This document shows positions 1-15,344 of a stretch of 64,000 nucleotides of DNA, piece after piece. The stretch is from NCBI GenBank assembly GCA_951406725.2, contig OX597824.1:17608001-17672000 (forward strand), in the 5' to 3' direction. Source of the DNA: Octopus vulgaris (Eukaryota). The notes under the pieces were generated by a model. That model was not told where the DNA came from. It made no database searches and was given only the letters and a program-made list of their open reading frames with translations. The first letter of the stretch is position 1. Each line of letters begins with the position of its first letter. A program made the position numbers and the translations under genes.

Positions 1-285
1 GGCAAAGTCGATCTCGGCGGAATTTGAACTCACAACGTAAAGACAGACGAAATACCTGTTTCTTTATTACCCACAAGGGGCTAAACATAGAGGGGACAAA
101 GACAGACAAAGGAATTAAGTAGATTACATCGACCCCAGTGCGTAACTGGTACTTAATTTATCGACCCCGAAAGGATGAAAGGCAAAGTCGACCTCGGCGG
201 AATTTGAACTCAGAACGTAACGGCACACGAAATACCGATAAGCATTTCGCCCGGCGTGCTATCGATTCTGCCATCTCGCCGCCTT
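1..285 (-). mobile_element. SINE family A, compound copy cut by the window edge
   Basis: Reverse complement of the head AAGGCGGCGAG(C/A)TGGCAGAA, a B-box-like GTTCAAATTCC, the central GGTCGACTTTGCCTTTCATCCTTTCGGGGTCGATAAATTAAGTACCAG and the tail ...GCCCCTTGTGGGTAATAAAGAAA; more than 12 similar copies in the window. Confidence 0.85.
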
Positions 286-348
286 AAATCAGTCTACTCT
301 ATCTGAACTGAGGAGTGGTTGAGCAAATGCACTTGCAACAACAGCAGA

Positions 349-540
349 GTGGAGGCGCAATGGCCCAGTGGTAAGGGCAGCAGACTCGCAGTCATAAGAA
401 CGCGGTTTCGATTCCCAAACCGAGCATTGTGAGTGTTTATTGAGCAAAAAAATCCTAAGCTCCACGAGGCTCCGACGGGGAATGGTGGTGAACATCGCTG
501 TACTATTTCACTACAACTTTCTCTCTCTCTTTCTTCCTAC
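349..540 (+). mobile_element. SINE family B (tRNA-like head), 3'-truncated
   Basis: Head GTGGAGGCGCAATGGCCCAGTGG with A-box- and B-box-like motifs (GTTTCGATTCC); matches the full copy at 8470-8850. Confidence 0.85.
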
Positions 541-1677
541 TTCTACCACAAAGCAGAGGAACCATGGAGTAACCCACTATGGTGTGGTAAACTTTCAGAC
601 CCTAGTCTAGATTGCCAATCCTCTGTACTCCAGGATGGTTCAGCTCTCCACCCGTTAAAAGCCACCGTTTACGGAATGAGGATAACAACGTAGCTTTCGC
701 ACCCGTGCAACCGCCAGTCTATCGCGTGTGGTGGGTGGATCTTCAAGTTGCCACACGCATTCTTAGTAGCTTAGAGTAGGCTCGAATTAGAGATTATTCT
801 TTGTGGCTAATGGTGCGAGTCCTGATTGGAAGAAGAAGAGGAAGAAGACAAGGACAGAGAAGATAACGTTTCATCGGAGGAAAGCAATGAGTCTACCCCT
901 AATAATGCTTCTCCGTTTAATGATATTGGCTTTTCTCGCTGTATTTTTTTTTTTTTTTATGTAATCAGAAATTTTGAGTAATAAAATAGACCCAGGCGTT
1001 GATGGTAATCCCCAACAATTACCGGAGTAAACTCACGGAAAGAGATTTTTACAGCAAATACAAGAAAAGATCTTTTGGCATAGATTACCACAAGCTTATA
1101 TGAAACGCTCACACCTGCTTTTTCCTTGTTAGATACTTGGCAAGACAGTAAACATGTCCTCGTATTTGTATGAAGCATGACATATCAAAGAGAAATAGAA
1201 CAACGAAAATGGTGCTTCGCGTTGCTAACAGGAAAATTAGTGCTAAATTCTATGTTTTTTTACAGCCAGCATCGAATTATCTCTAGCATCGCTAATAGTA
1301 TTTCTCTTACGGTAATTTAGTTGTCCGAAGTCGTTCAGCCTCTGGAATATGTTCTAGAGTTTCCTAATCTAATTAGCGAACCATATTACTTTGTTGTGGA
1401 TTTTTTAAAGACATTAGCTGGCTATGACACTAGATATTTAATCTCATTTGCAAACCGCAAATATTGTGCTTCTCCATGATATGGACAGTAAACATGTTTT
1501 CTCTACATGCAACCTATTCGATGAACCTATACAGCCATGTTTCCCAAACGTTAGCTGATATTATTCTATTTTATCTTAGAGCTTGACACATACGCTTTAG
1601 TCCTTCCAATTTATTGGATCACAACGATTCTCTTTTTTCTTTATTCTATTGGTGGTTCACTCTTTGTATTTCCTAAT

Positions 1678-2161
1678 CGGAACATTTGACCACATTCTTT
1701 GTGTGTTAATATTATTGTCTTATTATTTAACTACCCTTGATTCTAAACCTCATCAGCACACGAAATGTTTTCAGGTTCTTAATTCTCTTACCAGGTTTCG
1801 GAACATTTGATCACATTCTTTGTGTGTTAATATTAGTGTCTTATTATTTAACTACCCTTGATTTTAAACCTCATAAGCACTCGAAATGTTTTCTGGTTCT
1901 TAATTCTATTACCAGGTTTCGGAACATTTGATCACATTCTTTGTGTGTTAATATTAGTGTCTTATTATTTAACTACCCTTGATTTTAAACCTCATAAGCA
2001 CTCGAAATGTTTTCTGGTTCTTAATTCTATTACCAGGTTTCGGAACATTTGATCACATTCTTTGTGTGTTAATATTAGTGTCTTATTATTTAACTACCCT
2101 TGATTCTAAACCTCATCAGCACTCGAAATGTTTTCAGGTTCTTAATTCTATTACAAGGTTT
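1678..2161. repeat. Minisatellite, 4 x 121-bp tandem units
   Basis: Unit begins CGGAACATTTGA at 1678, 1799, 1920 and 2041; the near-identical ORFs in the track are spaced 121 bp apart. Confidence 0.95.
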
Positions 2162-3137
2162 CCACTAGTGATTATACATTGCATTCATTCTTGAAGCTGG
2201 TGTTCTATAAAGATCTACGTCCTCATATGGTTGCTTATATCTTGTCACAAACTAAATCCAAATCTTTCAGTCTTCCTGGCTAACTTCCGTGTGTGCGTGT
2301 TTGTGTGTGATTGTGAGAAAGAAAGAGAGGGAGAGAGAGAGAAAGAGAAAGAAAGAGAGAAAGGAAAGAGGGAGAAAGAGAGGGGAAGATTGAAAGAGAG
2401 AGAGAGAGAAAGAGAGAAAGCGAGAGTGTGTGCTTATATTTATATATAGATAATACAAAGAGCCGTTCTACTGATTTTTTAAACGTATAATATGACATTC
2501 ACATATTTTCTTAAAATCTTTCTCCAGCAGAAAATAAGATCACTAGTGTTGGATAGTAGAAAGGTTACATATTTTAAAGGAAAAATATTTTAAAATAAGA
2601 CTTCAGCAATGAATAAGAACAGCGCTAATTCTTTATTTAAGATATCTTTCCTTCAACGGTAAGATATCTGATCGAATTAGTCGTTATAATAAGTAATATT
2701 GAATGCGAATTTGCTGTAGTTGATAAGAGATTGTTAAAATTTATAGGGATGATAAAAATGGCTTTTAATTTAATAGGATCGAAGTTATAATCTTTTTTCT
2801 ATAAAAGACACTCATTAATTCTGCATATATCTTTTTTCAAGAGATATCACCAACTATAAAGAGATACTATTTATTTATACATTTCCAACTATAGAGAAAA
2901 GCGGGCAATGTTTTAAACTAATTGATCCCCAATACTTAACTGAAAATAAGTTCTCCTACCGCAGAAAATGAACTCAGAGGAAAGAAGACCAGGAATCTCT
3001 ATATGATTACCACTCAGGCCAATACACCGCAGTTCAAATTCTTATTCATATATCTTTAAAGTAAGCTGGAATGTCAACTTCAAAATAAGGCGTCACACAA
3101 ATGACATTAGATATTAGTAATATAGTTTAAACAAACA

Positions 3138-3332
3138 CACTCTTTTACTCTTTTACTCTTTTATTTGTTTCAGTCATTTGACTGCGGCCATGCTGGAGCA
3201 CCGCCTTTAGTCGAGCAAATCCACCCCGGGACTTATTCTTTGTAAGCCCAGTACTTATTCTATCGGTCTCTTTTGCCGAACCGCTAGGTGACGGAGACGT
3301 AAACACACCAGTATCGGTTGTCAAGCAATGCT

Positions 3333-3431
<99 letters not shown>

Positions 3432-3597
3432 TACGACAGGCTTCTTTCAGTTTCCGTCTAACAAATCCACTCACAAGGCATTGGTCGGCCCGGGTCTATA
3501 GCAGAAGACACTTGCCCAAGATGCCACGCAGTGGGACTGAACCCGGAACTATGTGGTTGGTTAGCAAGCTACTTACCACACAGCCACTCCTGCGCCA
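3138..3597 (-). mobile_element. SINE family C (CORE-like), full length with internal (TA)n(TG)n
   Basis: Head GGCGCAGGAGTGGCTGTGTGG, CORE-like CTTGGGCAAGTG, internal microsatellite and (TAAAAGAG)n tail. Confidence 0.85.
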
Positions 3598-3651
3598 TAA
3601 ATTATTTTTATTATTATTGTTGTTGTCGTCGTTGTTGTTTTTGTTGTTGTT

Positions 3652-3950
3652 AAGGTGGCGAGCTGGCCGAACCATTAGCACGCCGGGCGAAATGCTTAGC
3701 GGTTTTTCGTCTGCTACTACGTTCTGAGTTCAAATTCCGCCGAGGTCGACTTTGCCTTTCATTCTTTCGATGTCGATTAAATAAGTAGCAGTTACGCACT
3801 GGGGGTCTATATAATCGACTTAATCCGTTTGTCGGTCCTTGTTTGTCCTCTCTGTTTTTACCCCCCTGTGGGTAGTAAAGAAATAGGTATTTCGTCTGCC
3901 GCTACGTTCTGAGTTCAAATTCCGCCGAGGTCGACTTTGGCTTTCATCCT
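3652..3950 (+). mobile_element. SINE family A, compound copy (body, tail 1, truncated second body)
   Basis: Junction AAAGAAATA|GGTATTTCGTCTG at about 3885; abuts an inverted copy. Confidence 0.85.
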
Positions 3951-4340
3951 ACTCTGCACACAAGGCCGAAATTTTGGGGGAAGGGACCAGTCAATTAGAC
4001 CGACGCAACTGGTACTTAATTTATCGACTCCCGCTCCCCGAAAAGATGAAAGGTAAAGTCGAGCTCGACGGAATTTGAAATCAGAACGTAACGGCAGACG
4101 AAATACCCATTTCTTTACTACCCACAAGTGGCTAAACATAGAGAGGACAAACAAGGACCGACAAACGGATTAAGTCGATTACATCGACTCCAGTGCGTAA
4201 CTGGTACTTAATTTATCGACCCCGAAAGGATGAAAGGCAAAGTCGACCTCGGCGGAATTTGACCTCAGAACGTAACGGCAGACGAAATATGGCTGCGCAT
4301 TTCTCCCGGCGTGCTAACGTTTCTGCCAAGCTCGCCGCCT
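3950..4340 (-). mobile_element. SINE family A, compound copy (tail 1 unit followed by tail 2 unit)
   Basis: Two bodies with the junction at about 4101-4116; tail 2 (CCCCCAAAATTTCGGCCTTGTG) lies at the left end. Confidence 0.85.
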
Positions 4341-4584
4341 TTTCCACCCGGCGTGCTAAAGTTTCTGCCATTTATACATAATATCATTCCATTATTTCAC
4401 TATCTCTTGAAAAAGAAATGTTTCATGCATACAGCATTATCAAATCAAATTCGCAAAGCTTTCACTCCCGTTGTCAGCGTAATTATATGATTGATATTAA
4501 TTGAAGCGTAACCATATCCTTCAATTAGTTAATACGAGCGGAACTATGAGATGCAAATCCAATTTATTAATTTGTAGCATTTTA

Positions 4585-4898
4585 TCCTTTCGGGGCCGAT
4601 TAAATAAGTACCAGTAACGCGCTGGGGTCGATATAATTGACTGGCCTCCTTCTCCAAAATTGCGGGTTTTGTGCCTAGAGTAGAAAAGAAAATTTTCTGC
4701 CCTGATTTCTTAACTTTCGAATATACCCCTAACTGTAAATGAAAAATTGAAACATGAGTGACAGAGTCATTAAAATACCGTAGAGCTAAGTGGTGCTGTG
4801 TTTTTTCTCATGTTCATCACACTAAAATTCGGCACAGATCATAGGGGTAATGTGGAGGCGCAATGGCCCAGTGGTTAGGGCAGTGGACACGCGGTCGT
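4585..4898. repeat. Left arm of an inverted duplication (partner 6848-7403)
   Basis: SINE A tail, about 160 bp of non-SINE spacer and a SINE B head, all matching 6848-7403 in reverse complement. Confidence 0.85.
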
Positions 4899-5199
4899 GT
4901 CCTTCACTTCACTTCTACGATATTGATACCCACAGCTGCGTCACTCCTATCTTACTTAAGTTTAGCCTTATCTGAGTAATCTTCCAACTTGGCAAAATCC
5001 CTGCTTATCACATCTCAACTATTGGGAATACGAATGCGAGAGTTTTGAGGACCTTAATGGAAAAGTTCTTGAAATAAAGGGAGGTGCTTATGACAAATAA
5101 GACTTCTCCAAAAACTTTTCTCGACGATGAAAGGTAGCTTGGTAGGCTCATTTCCTTTAGCTATACACATACATACACACATTTAATGTATTTTCATAT

Positions 5200-5742
<543 letters not shown>

Positions 5743-6513
5743 GATGCTAATCAACCGTGACATAAATCGACAGTTTCTTTTGCATCTTTGTGATAAGTGC
5801 TTTACCGTTTGTACTCATTTTCAGAACTGTGAAAGCATAACAAAAATCTGACATGCTGTAATGGTCACAAGTCCAAAAGAGGTTATTACTTCCTGTCGAT
5901 ACCCACATCAATCTCACGTCTCTGTGATATATACCCATGCTTAACCTTTCATTGGAATGTAGAAGGTTTTCTTTCCAGTTCCTTGTTCCTGTAGCTTAGT
6001 CCGGCAGTTGTGGGTTAGCATGAAACAACTCCAGAAACTGAATATTTTGTATAAAGTTTCTTCCGACTTTAATATAATTCTTTTTCACGTTGGCGATCTT
6101 GATTGATGTTCCTAGTTTAGTTGCTTTTATTATATAGAGCAAGTTTGTGATATAAAACCAATGTAACACTAAACTTTTACCTCTGTGTTTTCTCCTTGTA
6201 CAGAGACTGTCCACATCAATACATCTACTTTCCGTTGCTTAATCTGGATTAGGATTAATTTTTGCAGAGCTAATTCCTTTCTATACAACATGAAGCCAGA
6301 ATAGCTTGTGATTACATCCGGATTTTCAAGACGTTCTATAGAAAAATTAAGATCAGAACTGTGTTGTAATGAAGTGAAATTAATTTTTTATGCAGAAGGA
6401 ATTGTATAGCCAGTACTCTCATCTATTTCAATGAAACATGTGGACAGACAAGAAGACTGATGCTGTTCGTTGGTATTATTAGTATCATTCACTTTTGTGT
6501 GTTACTTCTATCG

Positions 6514-6894
6514 TGGCACTCCGTCGGTTACGACGACGAGTGTTCCAGTCGATCCGATCAATGGAACAGCCTGCGCGTAAAATTAATGTGCAAGTGGCTG
6601 AGCACTCCACAGACATGTGTACCATTAACGTAGTTCTCAGCGAGATTCAGCGTGACACAGAGTGTGACAAAGCTTGCCCTTTCAAATACATGTATAAAAG
6701 AAACAGGAAGAAAGTATCAGAGAAAGTTTTGGTGAAAGAGTAGAGCAGGGTTCGCCACCACCACCTGCAGGAGTCTCGTAGAGCTTTAAGTGTTTTCGCT
6801 CAATAAACACAAACAATGCCCGGTCTGGAAATCGAAAACGCGATTCTACGACAGCGTGTCCGCTGCCCTAACCACTGGGCCATTGCGCCTCCAC
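6514..6894 (-). mobile_element. SINE family B, tail type i
   Basis: Reverse complement of 8470-8850, ending ...CGTCGTAACCGACGGAGTGC. Confidence 0.9.
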
Positions 6895-6977
6895 ATTTCC
6901 CATTATAATATGTGCCGAATGTTACTGTGATGAACATGAGAAAAAACACAGCACCTCTTAGCTAAACGGTATTTTAC

Positions 6978-7210
6978 AAGGCGGCGAGCTGGCAGAGTCG
7001 TTAGAACGCCGGGCGAAATCCGTAGCCGTATTTCGTCTGCTGTTACGTTCTGAGTTCAAATTCCGCCGAGGTCGACTTTGCCTTTCATCCTTTCGGGGTC
7101 GTTTAAATAAGTACCATTTACGCACTGGGGTCGATATAATCGACTTAATCCGTTTGTCTGTCCTTGTTTTTGCCCTCTGTGTTTAGCCCCTAGTGGGTAG
7201 TAAAGAAATA
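6978..7210 (+). mobile_element. SINE family A monomer (tail 1) with 10-bp TSD
   Basis: Flanked by GGTATTTTAC (6968-6977) and GGTATCTTAC (7211-7220); absent from the duplicated arm at about 4770. Confidence 0.9.
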
Positions 7211-7299
7211 GGTATCTTACTGACTCTGTCACGCAAGGTTCAATTTTTCATTTACTCCAGTAAGGTGTATATTCGAAAGTTAAGAAATCAAGGCAGAAA

Positions 7300-7697
7300 A
7301 TTTTCTTTTCTACTCTAGGCACAAAGCCCGCAATTTTGGAGAAGGAGGCCAGTCAATTAGATCGACCCCAGTACGCAACTGTTACTTAATTTTTCGACCC
7401 CGAGATGATAAATGGCAAAGTCGACCTCGGCGGAATTTGAACTCAGGACATAAAGACAGACGAAATACCTATTTCTTTACTACCCACAAGGGGCTACTCA
7501 CAGAGGAGAAACAAGAACAGACAAACGGATTAAGTCGATTATATCAACCCCAATGCGTAACTGGTACTTATTTAACCGACCCCAAAAGGATAAAAGGCAA
7601 AGTCGACTTCGGCGGAATTTGAACTCAGAACATAAAGACAGACGAAATACCGTTTAGCATATCGCTCGGCATGCTAACGATTCTGCCAGCTCGCCGA
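7300..7697 (-). mobile_element. SINE family A, compound copy
   Basis: Two bodies with the junction at 7461-7480 and tail 2 at the left end. Confidence 0.85.
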
Positions 7698-7729
7698 CTT
7701 TCAGGGCAGAAAGTATTCAACCTATTTAG

Positions 7730-7820
<91 letters not shown>

Positions 7821-8469
7821 ATGTATGTATGTATGTATGTATGTATATGTATACGTATATGTATATGCGTGGGGCCGTGCTCGTGTATGTGTGCAAATCT
7901 CAGAGAGAGTGAGAGAGAAGGAAATATATCTACGCATGTATACACGCATACATATTGATAGATAAATGTATGTGTGTGTTTATATTTGTGTTTGTAGGTA
8001 TGTATATAGACAAATTTAATATTCCTTCTTTTCATTGCTTTCTCAAACAGGACGAAATCTAATTTACTTTTAAAGAAATTTCAATATTTTACAAGTTCAC
8101 TAAACTTGAACTCAAAAAAATATCATGAATCAATATATATTCATGAAATATCTTATATCTGCATATGACATTACTGGAAATGTAGAAAACATTTCCAAAA
8201 TATAGACTACTTCCCTCTTCTTTCGAGAAACATCTTAATTTATTTCGGTTTACATAAAAATTCATCAAATGCTGTTCTATTTTTTCCTTCAATAACAGCA
8301 GTAAATCGTGGTATTGGTGCTATTACGGCATAAAATTCGTTAATATTTTCAGAGAAAAAGAAGTTACTACTCCATGTTTCCAATGCAATGTACCCAACGA
8401 TAATAACGTAAATAATGCTTAATTTCGTTTAAATTCTACGTTATGATGAAATAATTATGTTAATAACTT

Positions 8470-8856
8470 GTGGAGGCGCAATGGCCCAGTGGTTAGGGCA
8501 GCGGACTCGCGGTCGTAGGATCGCGGTTTCGATTCTCAGACCGGGCGTTGTGAGTGTTTATTGAGCGAAAACACCTAAAAGCTCCACGAGGTTCCGGCAG
8601 GGGATGGTGGTGATCCCTGCTGTACTCTTTCACCACAATTTTCTCTCACTCTTACTTCCTGTTGTACCTGTATTTCAAAGGGCCGGCCTTGTCACTCTCT
8701 GTGTCACGGTGAATATCCCCGAGAACTACGTTAAGGGTACACGTGTTTGTGGAGTGCTCAGCCACTTACACGTTAATTTCACGAGCAGGCTGTTCCGTTG
8801 ATTCGGATCAACCGGAACCCTCGTCGTCGTAACCGACGGAGTGCTTCCAAAAAAAT
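8470..8856 (+). mobile_element. SINE family B, full length, tail i, 13-bp TSD
   Basis: tRNA-like head, short A tail, TSD ATGTTAATAACTT on both sides. Confidence 0.92.
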
Positions 8857-9789
8857 GTTAATAACTTACTGTACTACAAGATGAACCTGATTATAGTTCA
8901 GCGTACCAGACACCATTCAAAGTAAGAAGCCTACCAAAAATCCATTTTCCAAAATATTTGCATATCAAATTGAACGACTACAAGAATAATATGATATAGA
9001 AATTGCAAAAACTGTTATCACTGTCTGTTTAATTAATTTTTATCAATGTGCTTCAATTAAATCATAAATGTGTGTAAACATTGATAATTTAAAGTATTGT
9101 ATGCATAATGCTAATGTATGTTTTTTAAGACTACAAATGGTTCTCAGATAATTCTGCCTCTTTGATTAAATGTTTTTTTCCTTAAAGATTCTCAGAAAAG
9201 AAATAATTCAGGAATACCAAAATGATGAAACCAAACTTGGCAGGAACATTGCAGTGATATCGGGTTAGTAAACATCAACATCTATCCATCAAACCTGAAG
9301 GATATCTAAACAACAAAATGAGATTTGGTTTGGTTTCCTAAACTCAAATACATCTCATACAAATAGAGTTATATGTTTCTTTTGTATGACTTCAATATAA
9401 TTATGTTCCATATGAAAGTAACATGAAAACGGATAAATAATAATGTATTATTTTTATATATTTTTAGCTTCAAAATAGACAACTTTTTATGTTTTTTATA
9501 CATGTTCGGTGGGAGATCTGTTTCCATTATTTTGCAGTGTTACTGCAGAACTGGCACCATACCAGATATTAGAAGAACTCTGTTTCTTTCTTCTATTTTT
9601 TTTATTATTTGTTTAGTTGTTATTTTAATATATATATTTTTTAACATTTCTTCTTTGTAGCAGTCACTTTCATCCTGGCTTCAATGATTTCTGAAAGATC
9701 AGTACAAACGATTTTTGTGTAGGTGACTCTGATTGTCCGCTCACAGCAGGCTGCAAATGCATACTTTAGTATGATGTGTAATAGCAAGC

Positions 9790-9885
9790 CTATCGGCTTG
9801 TACTGTGTTTGCCGGAAGCAAACTACACTCGAGAGACTCACTTCCGGTTTGTGGAACGAGGCCATTTTAAACTGAAAAAAACACC
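9790..9885 (-). promoter_or_regulatory. Candidate YY1/ETS promoter-proximal module or ATG micro-exon
   Basis: Minus strand reads TTTTTTTCAG TTTAAAATGGCC ... CCGGAAGTGAGT, with a second CCGGAAG on the opposite strand; motif-level evidence only. Confidence 0.3.
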
Positions 9886-10195
9886 CTAAACAGCAGCACC
9901 AAGACTAATTACCCTGTATTGATTATTTGAAAATTTAGTTTTCACCATTTTTTTCTTTCGTTTTCAATCCATATTGTGCCTTACAGAAAAAAAAAAAGGA
10001 GATTAAATTTGTTCTTAAGATTGATTATTTTTTCTTTCTGCTCTTCCGTTTTCACAATTTTTTTTATTTTTCATTTCTACTTGTGTGACTAAAATGAGGA
10101 ATTTTCTTGAAGAAAAAAAAATGTTTAAACTGCATATTTTCATAAAAAAATATTATTAAAATAATTCTTTACACTACTAGAAATAATTGATATTC

Positions 10196-10550
<355 letters not shown>

Positions 10551-10913
10551 TGTTGCTGTCTCCTAGCGGAATAAAGAAGAGTGAACAGACTCAATTATAA
10601 ATACATAAAAATATTTGGAGCGTGAAAATTGTTTAAAACGAAACTGTTAGCATAGAAATCAGAGGAACATATGATTAGATACACAGATACACACATACAC
10701 TGCCTTATATAAGCTCAACACGCTCGTAATCAAATACGAAATGAAAAGAGAATGCATGAATGTATGTAGATATGCGTGTGTGTGTGTGTATATATAAGCA
10801 CGCACACACAAATGGCTATATATTTTTATGTTTGTGTGTTTGTGAATGTATATATATGTATGTGTGTATATCTTCTCTCTCTATCTCTTTAGATATATAC
10901 TAATATATAAATG

Positions 10914-10982
<69 letters not shown>

Positions 10983-11078
10983 TTATATTTATATATATAT
11001 ATATATCAAGATATACACATACATATACATACACGCATAAACACACAAGCATAAAAATATAGAGATACTTATATACAG

Positions 11079-11137
<59 letters not shown>

Positions 11138-11599
11138 TTGGGTGATACAGACGGTGGGGGACAGAGTGGGAGATTTATACACACGTAAGAGCCTGATAAT
11201 ATTTATATGTATATTTTAAATAGAAATTACATATCCCTACTTCAAATTTATTGTCGTCTTAATGTAAATAAATACAGTAATTATTATCTTTATAATTGGA
11301 TATGAAAAACTGGTAGCGTGATAGACAAAAGCATTGATGTATATAGCTGTACCTAGTGTATATTGAGTTCATATAATGTGTGGCTTCACATGAATATTTT
11401 TTTGCAAAATGTTTGATCTCAAAAGCATTACTAGTGAAGAACTGTGACACATATTATCTAACATAACATTTTCATAAACTATGAGGATTTTATTTAAAAA
11501 AACAAACAGCTGTTATTAATATATAGTATACACGCTTTCGTTGTAGGTTTAATATAGTTAGTCGTTTCAATTTACTAATATTTCGCGTTGGTTAAAACG

Positions 11600-12125
11600 A
11601 GTTTGACTGAACAAATGATAATGTGTAAATGCAAACACATTCGTATGTTCACAAATGCACCGACAACCACGTCCATATTTACAGACGACTCACACACAGG
11701 AATTGCAGGGCGAGTTAAAAGTTCTCTCTGCAACCACATGAAGGCAGGGCAGGCCGTAACATCGATATCACTGACAGTACTATAATTATTATAGAATAAT
11801 AGACATTTACTCTACAGAAGGACTAAGTAATCCTTTTTTTTTAATCACCCTGCGTGGAACATTAGTGAAAAGTTTTCCACTATAGCCAATGGCCGAGTAA
11901 TTCGTTGTAAATGAGCGTGGTAGACGGAAATTGAGTGGGACGCGAACCAAGAGAGAAAAATTGAAATTTTCACTAGATGCTATACAGTAAAATCGAAACC
12001 TAGACCTTGGATTTGCGAGACGAACATAGAAGCCATTCAGCAGTACTAAGCGTGAACAGGCACGGGGGGGGGGGGACAAAACGCTAGAACACGAAGGCAA
12101 TGACATACACCAACGATCACATACA
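11600..12125. promoter_or_regulatory. Non-repetitive, relatively CpG-rich segment with a CCAAT box (candidate promoter or enhancer)
   Basis: AGCCAATGG at 11884, many CpGs relative to the flanks, G-run at about 12064, flanked by (CA)n and (GA)n. Confidence 0.3.
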
Positions 12126-12461
12126 CTCACTCACACGCACACACAGACAAGCACACAAACACACACATACACAGAGGTATTCATATAAATATGGTTAGAT
12201 AGAGAGGGAGAGAAAGGTGCAAGTAGAGAGAGAGAGAGAGAGAGAGAGTAAGAGGATGAGTGACACTGTGAATGAAGAAATAAAATAAGAGAGACAAGTG
12301 GAAGGTAGTAAAACACGAGGATATACATACGCTTCCACATCACCTTGCACGCATAGAGACATTTACATATACAGAAGCAAATATATATACACGCACACAC
12401 ACGTATATATATATACACACAAACACACACATATATATATATGTATATATGTATGTATGTA

Positions 12462-12509
<48 letters not shown>

Positions 12510-12940
12510 TATATACTTATATATATATATATACACATATATATATACTTATATATATATACATATATATATATACACATATGCATGTATATATTTATAT
12601 ATGTATTTCTTTATGTACATGTATATTTACATATATATGCATATACATATATACAAACACACATACGTATATATTTTGATATATATATGTATAAATATAT
12701 ATATATATACATATATACATATATATATAAATATATGAATATATGCATATATATATGTATATATATTAACTTGTTTGAGTATGTAGGTATACATGTAAAC
12801 ATATACATGCATATATATATATGTGTGTGTGTGCGTGTGTGTGTGTGTACATGTTTTTATAAAAATATTTATGCATGTATGTATAGTTATATACACATTT
12901 ATATGATTATAAAATTATATATGTATGAAGAATCATATAC

Positions 12941-12979
<39 letters not shown>

Positions 12980-12980
12980 G

Positions 12981-13056
<76 letters not shown>

Positions 13057-13149
13057 ATGTTTGCGTGTGTGTGTTTATGCGTGTGTAATGCAAAATATAT
13101 GAAATACTTAGTAACAAATATATTTCGTATTTAGAAATATGTTTATATT

Positions 13150-13196
<47 letters not shown>

Positions 13197-13562
13197 CTAC
13201 ATATATACATCATTAGCCATACTCGTGTTTGTGTACGTGTATTTGTGTGTGCAGGCGTGGGTGGTTGTGTGTTGAAGTGTTCTAGGGCGCGTGTGTATGT
13301 GTTTTGTGTATCACATTTTCTAGAGTCGAGGCATTATATGTGCGCGTGTGTATGCATGAATATTTTGAAAAGCATCTACTTTGTTTGATTTATTTCCCGC
13401 GGTTTGTGATGTGTAAAATATATTCCGAACACTGCTGCATTTCATTTACACAAAAATAAACCACCTACGGAAGGGAGGCGGTTTCAAATCTCACCACTGC
13501 TTTCACAAAAATATCTGTTTTGTTTTGCGACAAGCTCACAAACACTCGTGCACACACATGTA

Positions 13563-13678
<116 letters not shown>

Positions 13679-14661
13679 ATGTGTAAGTATGTTTGCATAC
13701 ACATGTGTTTTTGTGTGTATATATGTATTTTTATATGTATCTTTCAGTCTATCTATATATGTGTTAATATCAGCCTAGACCATTGTCTCTATATATGTAC
13801 GTTACGTTGTCTGTGAGTATGTGTGCTTGCGTGATTTTAAACAAGCGAAAACATATACTTGCATATTAACACATTTATACACATTTATATTTCATATATA
13901 TGTACGGAAAAAATATATTCTGCAGCCAATTGCATATAAAAATATATTTACTGCGACTTTCAGCAGTATATAATATATATATATATATATATGTATATAT
14001 TTATGTATATTATACAATAAATCTGTGTGATTGTATGTATATATCTATACATACCCATACACGCATATATATATATATATATATACGTGGACGTACATAC
14101 GTGGATTTACAAATATATATATATATATATATGCATTATAATCAATATATATTATAATATTTTTAGATATTCTAAATACATATTTTAATAATAGAAATAT
14201 GGATAGATTTTTGCATATTATATACATATGGAACTGGTGTCGCTTATGTAGAAGAACGAGACACAAAGAAGTAAAGAAAATGATTTATTTATATATTTTT
14301 TGGCAATAATGAATGGGAATTAGGCTGGGATATTATTGCCTATTTTGAAAAAAAATATATAAACAAACTTCACTCGAATATGACTCACAACTTATTGCGG
14401 ATTTGACTGACTTTTTTTTTTATCGTATTCATATATGTATAATACATATAAATATTTGCGTGTGAGTGTTTATAAATGCATATATATATACACATATGGA
14501 TGTAGGCATGTATGTGCGTATATACATCCACTTATACGCACAAGATCGTACACAAACACACATAAACGCAAAAACACAGATATACACAGCTGAATCGAAA
14601 AATACATACGTTGAATAAGATATATACACAATGTTGTTCTTAAGTGCGTGAGTATACATAC

Positions 14662-14692
<31 letters not shown>

Positions 14693-15025
14693 TGTATGTA
14701 TGTATGTATGTATGTATGTATGTATGTATGGACGTACGTGCGTATTCAGGTATATATATATATATGTGTGTGTGTATCTGTACGCTCGAGCGCGGGTATG
14801 TGTGTGTTTGTGTGTGCGTGTGTTTGAGTGTGTGCATGCGTGCGTATGTGTGTGAGTATAATAAAACACAAATGGAATTTAAACCCATTTGTGTTCTTAT
14901 TCCATACAATCGCCATACCTAGAGCAATTCCTATATTGGATCTAAAACTTATATTGGATCGAAAATCTACGCGTGTGTGTGTGTGTGTGTGTGTGTGTGA
15001 TTTTGTGTGTGTGTGTGCATATATT

Positions 15026-15107
<82 letters not shown>

Positions 15108-15344
15108 CGTGCATATATTTATGTATATATATTTGTATATATACATTATATATTATGTATATATATGTGTATATATATGTATATATATGTCATTGTCCAG
15201 TTTTATTTCAAGATTTCTTGCCAATGCAGACAGAGGTGGTTTCTAACTTTGATCCAAAGCTACATCACTGGAATTTCCTCATCAACAACAAGGTATTTTT
15301 ATATGTATACATGTAAAAAATAAATAAATAAATGCGCAATTTTA

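Noticed and set aside
1678-2161. CRISPR-like array
   Set aside because: Contiguous tandem units with no unique spacers, eukaryotic context and no cas genes
8470-8545. SINE B heads as genuine tRNA genes
   Set aside because: A and B boxes are present but the cloverleaf is incomplete, and each head continues into a shared SINE body with TSDs
9910-9932. miR-10-like start TACCCTGTA
   Set aside because: Only 9 nt match, the rest diverges from miR-10, and no precursor hairpin is evident
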